Shown here: positions 1 to 12,180 of the stretch, one piece after another
Position numbering within the stretch: position 1 is the first letter of the stretch
Layout of the letters: the number at the start of each line of letters is the position of its first letter
Source of the DNA: Azolla caroliniana
Lineage: Eukaryota; Plantae; Polypodiophyta
Reading direction: 5' to 3'
Length of the DNA: 64,000 nucleotides
NCBI GenBank assembly: GCA_043228905.1
Contig: JBHGNT010000003.1
Location: 15,624,001 to 15,688,000 of the forward strand
The notes under the pieces: model-generated
What the model was told of the DNA's origin: nothing
What the model saw: the letters and a program-made list of their open reading frames with translations, nothing else
Database searches by the model: none
Made by a program: the position numbers and the translations under genes

Positions 1-949
1 ATCTTCGTAGTCGGAGTTGTGCCCGTACATTCCGCTATACTCTTCGTAGTCAGAATTGTGCGTGTAATTCGTGAGTTGTCGGCTTGTGGAAGCCGATTCA
101 CGCATCTTCTTTCGGCACTCTTCTTCGTGGTGGCCGAGCTTTCCGCAATATCCGCATTCGGTTGCGTTTTGACGGCTCGGGCCGGAGTGGAAGCTCCCCC
201 TTCTTGCGAAGGTTCCTCATTGGCCTCCGTTTTGCGACCGAACTTGGGAGTTGTTGTCGTAGGTCGGACCTCGTCCGCCGTGTCCTTGGTCGAATTGGCC
301 TCTCGCTCGTCCGCGTCCTCTTCCTCCATTAGAGTGCATGTAGAGCATGTGGCCTTCCGACTCATTGCTCCTTGTACGCACGTGGTTTTCTTCGACCAAT
401 AGCATCGATTGGAGCTCGAAGGAGGGAGATTTCTCCCATGCTAGAACGGCGGTTCGCATCGCGCCGAACCGTGGTGCGAGGCCGCCGAGGCATATTTGCA
501 CCATCTCATCATCATCTATACTTATTCTTATTGAGCCGAGCGACTCGCAAAGCTCCTTGATCTTCAAGGTGTATGTCGTGATGGATATGTCCCTTTGTTG
601 AATGTTTTTCAACTCTTGGCGGAGTTGAAGCTTCCTCGCGGTCGTGTTCGCGGCGAAAATCTTTCGTAGATTTTCCCATGCTTCCTTCGGCGTCTTGGCT
701 TCTCGAATGTAACCGAGCATGTGGCCGTGAACACATGTCGCCAAACAATACATCACGCGGCTTGCGGCTTGCTCCCATGTCGCGTATTCGGGAGCCGCTT
801 TGGTAGGTCGGTCTTCATGCGCTCCTTTGATGTAGCTCCAATAAATAGCCTTGTCCGACAAGGTATTGGTGCATCTTGTACTCCCAAGATGTGAAGTTGT
901 TTCGATCCAACTTCTCGGTAGGGAGAGCGCTCCCCATTTGAGTATTCAT
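1..949 (-). pseudogene. Copia gag (UBN2-type gag plus CCHC knuckle region), frameshifted
   Basis: ORF 217..861 (EAWENLRKIFAANTTARKLQLRQEL). Start MNTQMGS at 949. A 4-bp ataa insertion near 841 relative to the 59110 copy breaks the frame. Confidence 0.88.
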
Positions 950-1108
950 TATGTCGATTCTTCTTCTTCTTCTTCTCTCTTCGAATGCGAGCTATGTAGC
1001 GAAGCTACGATAGCGATGAGCCGGTTCTTGGTCGTCGACGTGGAGCATGACACACGATCACGATGAGGCGAATGGGCTAGATCAAGCTACCAAATCGCTC
1101 TGATACCA

Positions 1109-1493
1109 TGTAAAGAATCAAGAGATGGATTCTTATGAAGCGGAAGAGATGTGAGTTATGTGTGTGTGTAAGAGAGAGAGAGAGTGTGTGTGAGTGAAAC
1201 ACAGAGAATACGCAAGGTAAAAGTATATTGACAAAGGAGAAGGACTCAACATTATACAAGGTGAGAGGAGGGTGCTTTATGTAGTCACCCTCTCTCTTCA
1301 TTAACTATAAGACTCATGGAGCATGGGGAATGTGAAAGCTCATAAGTTATGTGTCATAGAATATGATTCTATGACTCATACTAAATGCTAAAATACAATG
1401 TGGTGACTTAATGGTGACTCTTGACCGTTGGAGTGTCTATTCACTCTCAAGGTGAGTTCACACACTAGACCAAGTTGAGCTTGATTCTCAACA
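1109..1493 (-). repeat. 5' LTR of Copia family A
   Basis: tgtaaagaatcaagag...gttgagcttgattctcaaca; matches LTRs at 54267-54647 and 59375-59752. Confidence 0.93.
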
Positions 1494-2245
1494 CATACAT
1501 ACCTACATACATAAACACACACACTCACATAACATATACAATCATACACACATGCCATACATGCAATATATACAATAAAAGAAATTAATACAATACAATA
1601 CAATATGTACATACATACACACATACCTATATACACATGTATACACTTACATACATACACATTTACACATATAACATATACATATAATACAATATGTACA
1701 CACACACATACAATGTCATACACATGGAATACAATAAACACACACACATGTGTAGAATATACATACACATATGGACACGTATATATGTTGTATGGAACAT
1801 ACATACAAACATAACACACATTGCACATGTTATACATACAATAAATGCAATTAAATAAAATAAAATACAATATGTAGATACATACACACATACCTATATA
1901 AACATGCAATACAATACATACAATACGTATATACATATACATACATACACATACACACACACACACATGCATACATACATTCAAACATAACAAACAACAC
2001 ACATGCATACCACATACAAACATATATGATGTATGGAACATACATACACACACAAACATAACACACAACACACATGCATACCACATACAAACATATATGA
2101 TGTATGGGACATACATACACACACAAACATAACAAACAACACACATGCATACCACATACAAACATATATGATGTATGGAACATACATGCACAGAAATAAC
2201 ACATGAATACCACGTTCACAATGCACACATATATATGATGTATGG
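1494..2245. repeat. CA/TA-rich compound microsatellite containing a 71-bp minisatellite (~3 copies)
   Basis: Unit catgcataccacatacaaacatatatgatgtatggaacat... recurs at 2002, 2073 and 2144. Confidence 0.85.
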
Positions 2246-4880
2246 TTATATGAAAAGTGATAGGTGGGTCATTCTATGTGTAGATAATGAAGAATCTATT
2301 ATTGAAGTGTTTGAACATGAGAGGGATGATGAAGATAAACCTTTGGGCATTGTAAGTGTGAGAGGAACTCTTACATATGCAAAGATCCGAGTGGAAATAA
2401 TTGAGGACGGTATATTTTATGAACCATTTTCCTTTGTGTACACAAAAAATAATATTTTGAATGGGAAACAAGAAGAGAAATGGCGTTTAAAAGAAAATAA
2501 AGTCTATATCAAGCCTAGTATTGATAAACAAAAAGTCTCTTCAAAAGAATCATGCACTAATGTTGAGGGTTCATTGTTGAGTCAAGTCGGGGACAATTTT
2601 AAAGATACATCTCCAATTGAAACAATCAAGGATAAGATTCGTAGAGATGTTTTAGGTAAATGGATGATAGAATCTAATAGGATACATGTAAAATTAAGTA
2701 ATGCTACAATTCCTCGAGATTATAAATTTGAGTTGAAGGTTGAGGATTTTTGTGGGAAAACGGTCATAAGATTATGGTGCAATGAGTGTGGAGAACCCTA
2801 TGGTGTTGGTTCTACGGAAGCAAAAGTAGAAAATGTGTATCTTAATAAAAAATTTAGAAATCACATTAAGAGGCAAAGTCATGAAAAACGATATTATGCT
2901 CGAAGGGGGTTAAGCCAACAAGATGAATCAATAAACTTATCTAAAATAGATGATGAGGCCTATATCAAGTCTTCTTTGGAAGTTCTCAAGAGTTTTAATG
3001 ACACCACAAGTGGTAAAGCATGTTTGTACTTTAAACCTTAATATTGTAGTTATGAATAATATGCTAATATATGTGAAAACTGTTTTTTTATAAATGTAGA
3101 ATTTGATTTAATAGAGGCAACACTTCATGGATATAAAGATAAGGCAATGGTGAAGGTAAAATGCAAGATTAATGGATCTTGGTTACCATCATAGATTGAC
3201 ATATTCACATTTGTCGGGTTTCCCATTCGAATGCAAACGAATACGAATATGAATGGGTGGTCAAGTATTCGTTTAACCCAAAAAAAGAAGAAGAGAGAAC
3301 TCTCTCTTTTTTAATTTCCTAGGATAAAAAAAGGAACTTATAAGTAAGGATAATAAAAGAGGGAATTGGGTACTTGACACCACTAAATTTTTATAATAAA
3401 TATATAACTTATAAGTATTCGTTTTATTTTAATAAATAAATAAAATAAAATAAAGGCTCATTAATTTCTCGCTTTTTATTCCCTCAAAATTTATGGATAT
3501 TTTTATCTTGACATTAAAAATGGTACTTCAAACTAATCATATCGTCAAAGTTCATACTAATCATATTTGTATAATAAATATAAAAAAATCGTTTTTTAAA
3601 AATGAATTAATTAATTGATTAATTAAAATAAGTTTCATAAACTCTCTTGACACTATAATCTATTAATGAATAATTGTTCTTTTTTGGGTGAAATACATTT
3701 ATTATTTATTTAAATAAATAAATAAATATTTTATATTTATTTTGCAAAATGAATGGTTTTTTAATATTCTTGGGGCCATTTCGTATTCTCGAATATTGAG
3801 AATATTGCGCATAAAGAATATCACGCATGTGTCAATCTATGGTTACCATTATGCCCTCCACGGAATTATGTGTCAACAATTTTTCTCAACACATACAATC
3901 CATGACCCATGTAAAGGCAATAGAGATGGTTCGGCATGCATAGAGATGGTTCGGCATGCTAGTACACCAATAATGAGTGGATTTCCGGACCATCCATGAA
4001 AAAACAAGAAGCTTTACCTTCAAATCAACAAACCTAGAGCAAATTTCTTGTTTCAAACTTGCGACCTTCGTCTAGTCAAGAATGTGAGTTCTCTACTCCA
4101 CATTATTTTGGTTTGTCACTATTGTGTTGGGGATATTGGCATAACAACATAATGATAAATGATGAAGAAATACATGTAAAATCATTTCTCATTGATCAAA
4201 ATCATGGTGCCTTATGGTTCTCTAAGCCTTACAACAAAGCTATTGTGATGTATGAGATGCAAGAGTGTGTTATTGATGGATGTTTTTGCCATTTTGATTG
4301 TAAAAGAGTATCGAAGATTGAAGAACCCTTTCATAATCTTACATGTGAAAAATATAATGAAATTCCAAAATGTAATAATTTCGTATGAGGGTGTATAGGG
4401 AAGCGTAGGGCTAAAGTCAAAAGAGGTAATCGAGGAACTGGGGATGGTAGGCGACTAGATTATCTTACTCAAGAAGAGACAAGAAAGGAAATGCCAAGTT
4501 CTAAGCAAACAATCCATCACGCTCATAGACAAATATGGTGGCTAGCTTGCAAAGTTGCAATGCTTTCGGTAAAGGTAATGACTCTCAAGGAAGCATCCCT
4601 TGAGTTTTGGAACGGAAGGATGTTCGAAGATTTTGTAATAACATTATTGAGGCTCATCAAGCTGGAAAATTTGGTAGAAAGAATGCATTATGGGATTTCT
4701 TGACAGATGTTGCACAAAACCTTACTCGAAAGCCACATGGACAACGATTTAAAGACACATGTAAGGCAATTTTTGTCATGATTAAAATGTGGGGTGGACC
4801 AAGATTACACGACTTTATTTCTAAAAATTTAGATGAACCATCATTAAGCACTACAAAGAGATTTGAGACAAAGGCAACTT
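2236..4880 (+). pseudogene. Disrupted gene: two CxxC..HxxxxxH zinc-finger-like motifs followed by a putative DNA-transposase N-terminal region (P-element/THAP9-like by motif resemblance)
   Basis: Colinear + strand ORFs 2175..3041 (RLWCNEC..RNHIKRQSH), 4059..4388 and 4607..4903 (GQRFKDTCKAIFVMIKMWGGPRLHDFISKNLDEPSLSTTKR). Probable GT-AG intron ~3013-3099. The second finger (KCKING..NNFSQHIQSH) is split by the MITE at 3190-3841. Stops and frameshifts present; sequence turns AT-rich noncoding after ~4880. Confidence 0.55.
3190..3841. mobile_element. Non-autonomous hAT-type DNA transposon (MITE), 652 bp
   Basis: 12-bp TIRs CATAGATTGACA / TGTCAATCTATG; perfect 8-bp TSD GTTACCAT (3182-3189, 3842-3849); AT-rich noncoding interior. 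Confidence 0.9.
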
Positions 4881-5636
4881 CTTACGGTTTTCTTTTTATA
4901 TAGTTGGTCTTTATGAGGGTAACCTTTATTGTAATAAGTTTTTTAAGTAGACATTGCAATAACAAAATGATTTATTTTATTTCATTTTGATTTGGGTAAG
5001 AATATGTGAATAGATGATGTCTTACATTTCAAATGGAAATATAAAATAGATTGCCATTTGTTTGATCAATGTGTTTGAGAAAAAATAATGATATGGCTTC
5101 ATATGAGTCTATCCATGAAACCAAACATAATGTTAATTTGTTAGTAATTTCATTATTGATATGCATTTTGGATTGTTCTATGTGTGCTCTTTGAGATATA
5201 TATGTCAAGTTCAAGGTTGTTTTATTGTAAATTACATTGTTTTGTATCACTCTCTATTCTTCATATGTCTCAATAAACAAAAAAAAACTTATATGCAACT
5301 TATATATGTTTTTGGGTAATGTTTCCTAATTGTGTGTGCATTACTTTGTATATTTTAAAGGGTATTTAAAATGGGTGGTTATCAAAAAATATATTGGTAG
5401 TAAGGGTTTTTTTATTAATCTTTTTTCTACAAAAGGGTCACTAAATTAGTAAAAATCGTACGTATAAGGGGTTTATAAATGATGTCATGAACACACGTGA
5501 TACAACCGTCTTATATATAGTGGAGTCCCTGGGTTTCCCTTTCAGGGTTTTCCATGTTAAAATACCTATGTATTTGTACTTCTGTTTCTGTTTGTCTATG
5601 TACTATCGTCTTGATCTTTGCACCCGCATACGAAAG

Positions 5637-6431
5637 TGTATCAACCGGTTGTGGCCTATAGTATCCTCGATAGAGTGGACAAGGTCAACATGGGCCAATG
5701 GGCTTAATAAACCAAAAGCCGGATTGGACATAGGTTGATTGTCTAGGTTCGAATCTGCTGAATAAGCCATAAGCTGAATCGGTCGGTCAAGTCGGATGGA
5801 ATCTAACATGCCATTAGGGAGACTAGATGCTTATTTTAGTAAATAGGCCTACTATAGGCTAATTAGAGTGAGGCTTAGTTAATGAGCAATTAAGTACCTG
5901 TCAATACTTGTCAGTCCTCTATTAGGGTTTGTATAAAAAGTGCTCTGAGTGCATTCTATATACTATGAGTTTTTGTAATAGAACCTTGTTGTTGTCTACT
6001 CTCTCTCTCTCCCACTCTGTGTTTACCTAACTATCTGTTTTCTTGTTCGGCTGAGCCGGTTGTGTTTGCACATAACGCTTCCGCATATGTAATCTTTTAC
6101 ATATCCCATGGTAGTTTGTACCCTAGTTTTCTACGCCCAAGGATAAGAGGGTGAGTATTAATTAAGAATCTAAAGGAGGAAGGATTAAGAGAACCCTTAA
6201 CGGTCAAGTGAGAACTTGCTTGGGGACCTTGGACCTGTCTATAAATATGAAGCCTATCAATCCTCAATGGGGATTATTCGACTATGTTGAGACTGTGATC
6301 TTGCGGTGAACAGACTCTTGTGGTGAGCGCGCACCAATACCACATACAACTCGAAGCCGCAACAATGGTATGGGATGTCATTCAAGGCTCGGGTCCATCT
6401 CGATCCCTTCACTTGGGGGTGCTCGGGCGGA
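5637..6431 (+). repeat. Diverged LTR related to the chromovirus LTR at 50865-51338, interrupted by a Copia solo LTR
   Basis: After removing 5667-6101 it aligns by eye with 50865-51235 (ggataag, ctataaata, tggtatggga, ctcgatccct, ggggt motifs in order). 3' end replaced by a LINE fragment. Left boundary approximate. Confidence 0.7.
5667..6101 (+). mobile_element. Copia solo LTR (related to family B LTR 34853-35305)
   Basis: Degenerate start (gagtggacaaggtcaac), end gcttccgcatatgtaatcttttaca, 5-bp TSD TATCC (5662-5666, 6102-6106). Confidence 0.78.
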
Positions 6432-6848
6432 AGTGATCATGGATATATGGTCCACGCTTATCAGTTGCCTACGAGGGCAATTGGACGAGGCTTGCAACCA
6501 ATCCAATGATGTGGCCACTACCTGTTTGCGCTTTTGGCAGAAATGGCAGGACACGCCTATGGTGACGCTAGGAGGAAGTGGCCCGAGGTGGAACTACCAG
6601 CCCCCATGTTGGCCGTTTCCTTCTCACATGCCACCCTCCCTTCGTTGTAGGCCCCCGGAGTTGGCTCATACTGACCAACACTAAAGGCCACTGCTTTTAG
6701 TTATAGGTATCTACTTACTTTAGGTAGTCAATTTGAAAGACTATGTAAGTAGTCTCATTTTCTTGATCTTGATCGGAGGGATATTCCCCGTTTTGTGTAT
6801 AAGCTTCCTTCTTTTTCTTTTTCTTTTTCTTTTTCTTTTCCAAAAAAA
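6431..6848 (+). mobile_element. 5'-truncated LINE (L1/Tx1-type ORF2 C-terminus and 3' UTR)
   Basis: IWSTLISCLRGQLD...FWQKWQDTPM...RWNYQPP is homologous to the C-termini at 8919-9119 and 11930-12110; shares gtataagcttcctt with 9160. Confidence 0.72.
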
Positions 6849-6974
6849 CGAATATACTCCTTTAGTTAAAATATACACAAACTCGATCCCTTTCTCGGGA
6901 AGGCCGAGCCAAGACTATCCTATCCTACACAAGAGGTCTTGCTTCTTTATCTTACACTTACACATATGGCTCTA

Positions 6975-7582
6975 GCCATCCTTTCGTGCACATCACCTAC
7001 ATTCACACGAAGATTGGGAGGCAAATTATACTAGAACAAGAACACGACAAGATTGCAGCAAGGAAATTTTGGATACAGGAGGGCATTAGTGAAATGAGAC
7101 TAGATCAATTCTGGAAAATGATATGGCATGACAGATATGACCGCAAGATAATGATGTGTTTATGCCTTATTGCACACAGAGCCTTGCCGGTAGGGACGTG
7201 GGGTAAAGGCCCCAATGTAGACCCTAGATGTATTGCATGTGGACAGATAGAAAGCATTTCCCATTGTCTATGGGAATGTCGCGAGGCAGTGGCGGTATGG
7301 GGAAGGGCACTACGTTTGCTTTGCCATGCCTCTAGTTCGTCCACCCTCAACTGGGGACATGCTTGCTGGATTTGTCTTGAGGATGATATGGTGAAATACG
7401 ATAGCGCATGCGATGCTAAGTACAGAGGGGAGAATGGCATTGTGTGGCTGATCACTGACAACAGGGTACCTACAACTTGTGCACAGAATCAAAAACTTGG
7501 AGATTTTTGGATGTTGCTTGCCCCCATTACTATATGGTATATATGGACAGCAAGGTGTACTAGGGTATTTTCAGCACACAAA
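6975..7582 (+). mobile_element. LINE ORF2 fragment (zf-RVT region)
   Basis: HRALPVGTW...CIACGQIESISHCLWEC zinc knuckle typical of plant L1 ORF2; cut on the right by an LTR. Confidence 0.85.
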
Positions 7583-7585
7583 TGT

Positions 7586-8614
7586 TGTCGTGAAAATCCG
7601 TCACTATGTGCGGATCGTGAGACGGAACCGTCGGGGTTCTGGACTAGAAGGATTTAGAGCAACATGAACAACACAAGCAAGTTTTAAGCATGAGACAAGA
7701 GGGAGAGACAAATCATTCGTTTATTGCAAAAGAAAATCGATTCTTTATAATTTCAGAATCGTGTTACAATGGGTTGGGTATGGAAATGAGAGATTAGTTT
7801 TTCAAAGAAAGGAGCCAACAACCATGCAAGGAGTGGTCCGATATGAATACGAGAGATAATTTTTGACAAGAAAGTTCCAGTAAACAAAGCTAGGAGTTTG
7901 ATATCAATATGTGAGATAATTTTCTTCTCGAATCCGAGAGAGAAGAAGAAAGAAGGGGGAAAAAAAACTAGGAGGGAAAAAATGGGACCTACATCGAGCT
8001 CCTCATTGATCCTCCTCCCCAATGTTACTTTGCATGCCCCGTTTTAGTTGGATGGCCTCTGCTTTTAGTTGCATGCTTCCATTTTTAGATGCGTGCCTTT
8101 TACTTTTAGTTGATTGCGATTGTCCATATCATTCGGCCAAATGACACAATCATCCATAAAGTTTAGCCCTTGCGCAATCCGTACGTGCGTCACAACCAAA
8201 CCGTAGACGCGTCCGCGCGCAAAAGTCTCGACCGCGTAGTAGTGTACGCATCCACGCATGCGCGCGTCCCGGCCGCGCCGCAGTGTACGCATCCACGCGC
8301 ACGCGCGTCCAACATGCACCGTGTACACATCCGCAGGCAAAAGTCTCAACCGCACCGTAGTGTACGCATCCACGCATGTGCACGTGCACACACACGCATC
8401 CGTGCGCTTGTCCGCACATATGCGTCCGTCCAAAACGTCCACACATACGCCCGAAACTTGCACACGCGCGTACATCCGAAGACGTCCATGCGCGCGTAGG
8501 TCCGAAAACGTCGACGCGGCCATGCACACGCGCATACGCTCGAAGCGTTTCGTGCATACACGCGTATGCCAAAAGCGTGCACACCACATAGTGTAGCCCA
8601 AGTCACCTTAAACA
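7586..8614 (-). repeat. LTR related to the Trp-primed Gypsy LTR (26086-26982), with an internal CG-rich repeat array at ~8170-8590
   Basis: Starts tgtcgtg; ggaaccgtcggggttctggactagaagg resembles ggaaccgctggggttttggactaggagg (26127); ends catagtgtagcc..ttaaaca, like cgtagtgtgcg..acgaca. No TSD found. Confidence 0.6.
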
Positions 8615-8863
8615 CTCTATGCTCCACACATTGGTAGAATGAATATGTTTTGGTTTCCCTTATATATTCTGGCTTCCAATGTTGTCCTATCCATGTGGGA
8701 TATCCCACAGTTTTGTCTTGTCTTTTCTTTTCTTCAAACTTCACACTCACATAACTTGATACTTGTTTATCCATTTTATGCGTAGTAAAATACGCTATGA
8801 AGCTCTTGAACACATCTATCTTTCCATATCCATATATTAAGCTAATCGTAAATAATTATTTTA

Positions 8864-8897
8864 CTAGTTTTCATATCGTGTGTGAAAAACCACACGA
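8864..8897 (-). mobile_element. Probable Helitron 3' terminus
   Basis: Perfect 7-bp stem tcgtgtg/cacacga (8876-8897), then 8 nt, then CTAG followed by T on the minus strand. Confidence 0.5.
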
Positions 8898-8899
8898 CA

Positions 8900-9240
8900 A
8901 CGCCCCCTAGCTGAATAGATGAAGCTAATCTGGCACACATTAATAACTACACTAAGAGCTCAATATGAGCAGATTGATGGTACTAATGATGCTGCAGAAC
9001 TAATGAGGCTGAATTTTCGAAAGCGATGGTGTACTACACCGATGGCCACAGCAAATGGAATGGATATACTATGGACGTATGAAGTACCCAAATGGTTGTT
9101 CTCCCCTCCCATTAGATGAACGAGGGGCGTGAAAGACATGGCATGTGGGATAGTGATTGTGTATAAGCTTCCTTATATAGTCTCCTTGTAATAATCCTTC
9201 CTAACTAATGGGAAAGTAGCTTCATTTTGAAAAAAAAAAA
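8900..9240 (+). mobile_element. 5'-truncated LINE 3' end with poly(A)
   Basis: ORF 8919..9119 (IWHTLITTLRAQYEQIDG...WTYEVPKWLF) homologous to the other LINE C-termini; A-run ending at 9240. Confidence 0.8.
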
Positions 9241-9864
9241 CACATTTCTTTGAACTCTCTCTATCTCTTTTTTATCTTTATCTATTTCCTTATTTTCATT
9301 CTTGCATTAGAATAAATCTTAACACCATGGAATTATTTTAACAAAATGTATTCCAACCACTTTGTGTAAATCGTCAAGTATGGAATTTATACAAATATTG
9401 TAATGAGCAAATTCAAGTTGTTGTATATTGTAAAGTTTCAAGAGGTTGAAATCTAAATTCAGTCAATTTTAATGAATATTTGGAAACCAATTTTTAACAA
9501 GGGCATCCAATTTGGAATCCAAGAAATTTATTTTTAACCTTTACAAGCTAATTATTTTACTTGCCCTTTAGTTGAAAGACACCAAATTTTGGAACTGGAA
9601 ACACAACATGTAGTTGTTGTTTCTGTGTAATTTGGATTAGACCCTGACCACGCTATTATCACATTGCGGCGCTAGGATTATAAGATTCAAATCTACCACA
9701 TCAACATTAACATACATATTAATTATAGTGATATATCATACATTCTATACTATTTCAAGAGTTAGACTTTCTGCCACATTCCCATTTGCTTATATACAAA
9801 AAGTTTTATTGTAATCCTATGTTTCATTAGCATGCATAGTCTTGACGTCAAGCTAATTTCCATT

Positions 9865-12180
9865 ATACGCCGAAGCACTCTCTTGCTTTCTCAACTCGCG
9901 ACATCTCAACCTACATGGTCTTCCCGTACCTCATTCTCACCAAAGCATCCTGGAAATAGAATTTGCAGATGATAGAGCAGTCTATATGCAAGGGGACTTG
10001 GAAAACCTCCAAAAGCTAGAAAGTGGGCTAGTTATATTTTGCAAGAGATCCAACGCCGTGATCAATTGGCACAAATCCTGTGCAATATGGCTCTCTTAGG
10101 AAACACATCCGGCGTGGCACCCACATCCCGCTTTCAAATGGATCAATCAAGGAGCGAGCACCAAATATTTGGGTTTCCAAATTGGTTTCAACATACCGCC
10201 GGAGACTATGATTGCACCCGTTATCCATTCCATTCGACAAAAGTTGATACATTGGAGCTCGAAAAAATTGTCGCTAGCAGGTCGCATCATAGTGGCAAAT
10301 CAGGTACTACTCGCAACAGCATGGTACAGTCTATCATGTTGGACAATCTCCAAGGAAAGTATACATCAGATTCAACGACTGGTCTGCAACTACATTTGGT
10401 CTGGTAAGGAAGACCATGTAGCTCGCGCCAAGGTGGCATGGCCTATACTCACAGAGCCTAAGTCAAGAGGGGGATTGGGTCTTATTGATCCCCTTTCACA
10501 ATCGAAAGCCTTACTTGGCAAATTTGTGGTGCGAGGACTCCAACCAGGAAATGATTGTTGGAAAATGCTACTGAGGTTACGTTTCGCTTACTTTAGGCCA
10601 TGAAAAGGGGTCAATTGGCCCCCCCCCAAACGGGATGGATTCTAAACATGGATCTCAAACCTACTTTCTCCCGCCAATTGGAGGATAGATTCAGTGCATC
10701 CATGTGGAAGGCATGGTGTGACATTCGTCGAGGGCTCAAGTGTGATCAACCGAGATCCGAACCTACCTGGCTCACTCAACGTATCCTATGGAACACCCAT
10801 GTATCGAGGATGAATCTAATCAACTACTGGGATCACATAAGGGGTTGTCATGGGGATACATTGCAGAAGGTCCATGAAAAAGTACAGAATGTTGGTGATG
10901 GTTTATGTCAATGCCACTACAAGATCAGGAGAACATACTCCATGGAATCAGGGGCGGATGAACTATGAGATCGGAAATCATTAACGCTCTACTGATTAGG
11001 GAATCTCCTACTCAAAGGACGACAATGGAGAAATAGATAGGCCACGATGAGGAGGGATCTTTGATCCCGAGAGGTAGGGAACCACCAGACATACTTGAAG
11101 GCTCTGAATTGCGAGACACTGAGACACCAACACAGAATAACGCAATTCGAGTACTCGCATATACTGATCATAAATGGATTGTAGATCCTAATCTGATCAA
11201 AGTACAACCCGATTGGCATATATGTACTCATGAAAACACATGGCTACGTAAGGTCAATTGGGACCCTTTGCAATGGACATGGCGTGATCCCTACGCGGGG
11301 CAAGGAAGCAAACCCATCCCTTTCTTCCAATTCACAACTAGATTGGGTCGCCACATTCTAGCTGCTCAAATCGCCTGAGAACCGGCTGATGCGAAGGTCT
11401 AGCACACATTTCAAGTTCCTCCCACAATAATCACCAAGTTTTGGCAGAAAATCTGGAAACAACAACACGCGAGGCGAATTACCATGTTCCAATGGCTATT
11501 AATACATAAGTCCCTACCGGTGGGAGCATGGCAACGTGGGAACCTTAGCTCTCCTAATTGTGTAGAGTGCCCACATGCAATAGAATCAATACAACACGCT
11601 CTGTGGGACTGCCCAACGTCCCATCGAATATGGCGGGGGGTTGGCCGCTTGTTGCAATTATACCAGGTGCAAGGCTCAATCAAGTGGGGAAATATATGTT
11701 GGCTATCATGGCAGGCCGCAATTGGCAGATACGAGCATCAGGAGGAGGGGATGACTTTGGTGATAAAAGCACAAGAGGTCCTTTTCTCCTCTAGCAACAA
11801 TGTCCACTCCACTCCTCTTAATGACAAATCTCAAGAGGTGCTGGAATTGGTCAACCTAATAACCCTTTGGATTCTATGGAAACAACGATGTAAGTGAGTC
11901 TTCTCCAACCAAACCGCACATCCAACAAGGTTACGGCAAGAGATATGGAGTGAAATTGTAGCCACTCTGAAGAGCCAATATGATGGCCTTAAGGGCGACT
12001 CCGAGGGAGTTGAAAGACAACGAATATCCTTCATCCAACAATGGTCGTCCTCTCCCTTTCTTGAGTCTGTGGGCATCCACATAAGATGGAACTATCACCT
12101 CCCTTCAGGGATTTGTACATAATCGTCTCATTTGTAAAATTTTATAACTAATGGAAGGAGTTTTTTTTTGAAGGAAAAAA
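9865..12180 (+). mobile_element. 5'-truncated L1/Tx1-type LINE (RT C-half, zf-RVT), degenerate
   Basis: FADD at ~9962; WSSKKLSLAGRIIVANQVL, PKSRGGLGL, CVECPHAIESIQHALWDC. A-rich tail; 14-bp TSD AGCTA(A/G)TTTCCATT at 9851-9864 and 12181-12194. Confidence 0.92.

Larger units (their letters stand above)
1..1493 (-). mobile_element. Ty1/Copia retrotransposon (family A), 5' part, cut by window start
   Basis: Near-identical to 58270-59752. LTR 1109-1493 (TG..CA); tRNA-iMet PBS on minus strand (gctctgatacca 1097-1108); gag follows. Right flank is a CA/TA microsatellite. Confidence 0.93.

Noticed and set aside
1388-2228. Long Cys/Val/Tyr/Met-rich ORFs on both strands
   Set aside because: Translations of CA/TA microsatellite; no protein signal.
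8065-8813. Overlapping 100-180 aa ORFs in nearly all frames
   Set aside because: Stop-poor CG/CA repeat array within an LTR.
8876-8911. Plus-strand Helitron end (hairpin then CTAG at 8907-8910)
   Set aside because: Followed by C rather than T and overlaps the LINE fragment; the minus-strand reading fits better.
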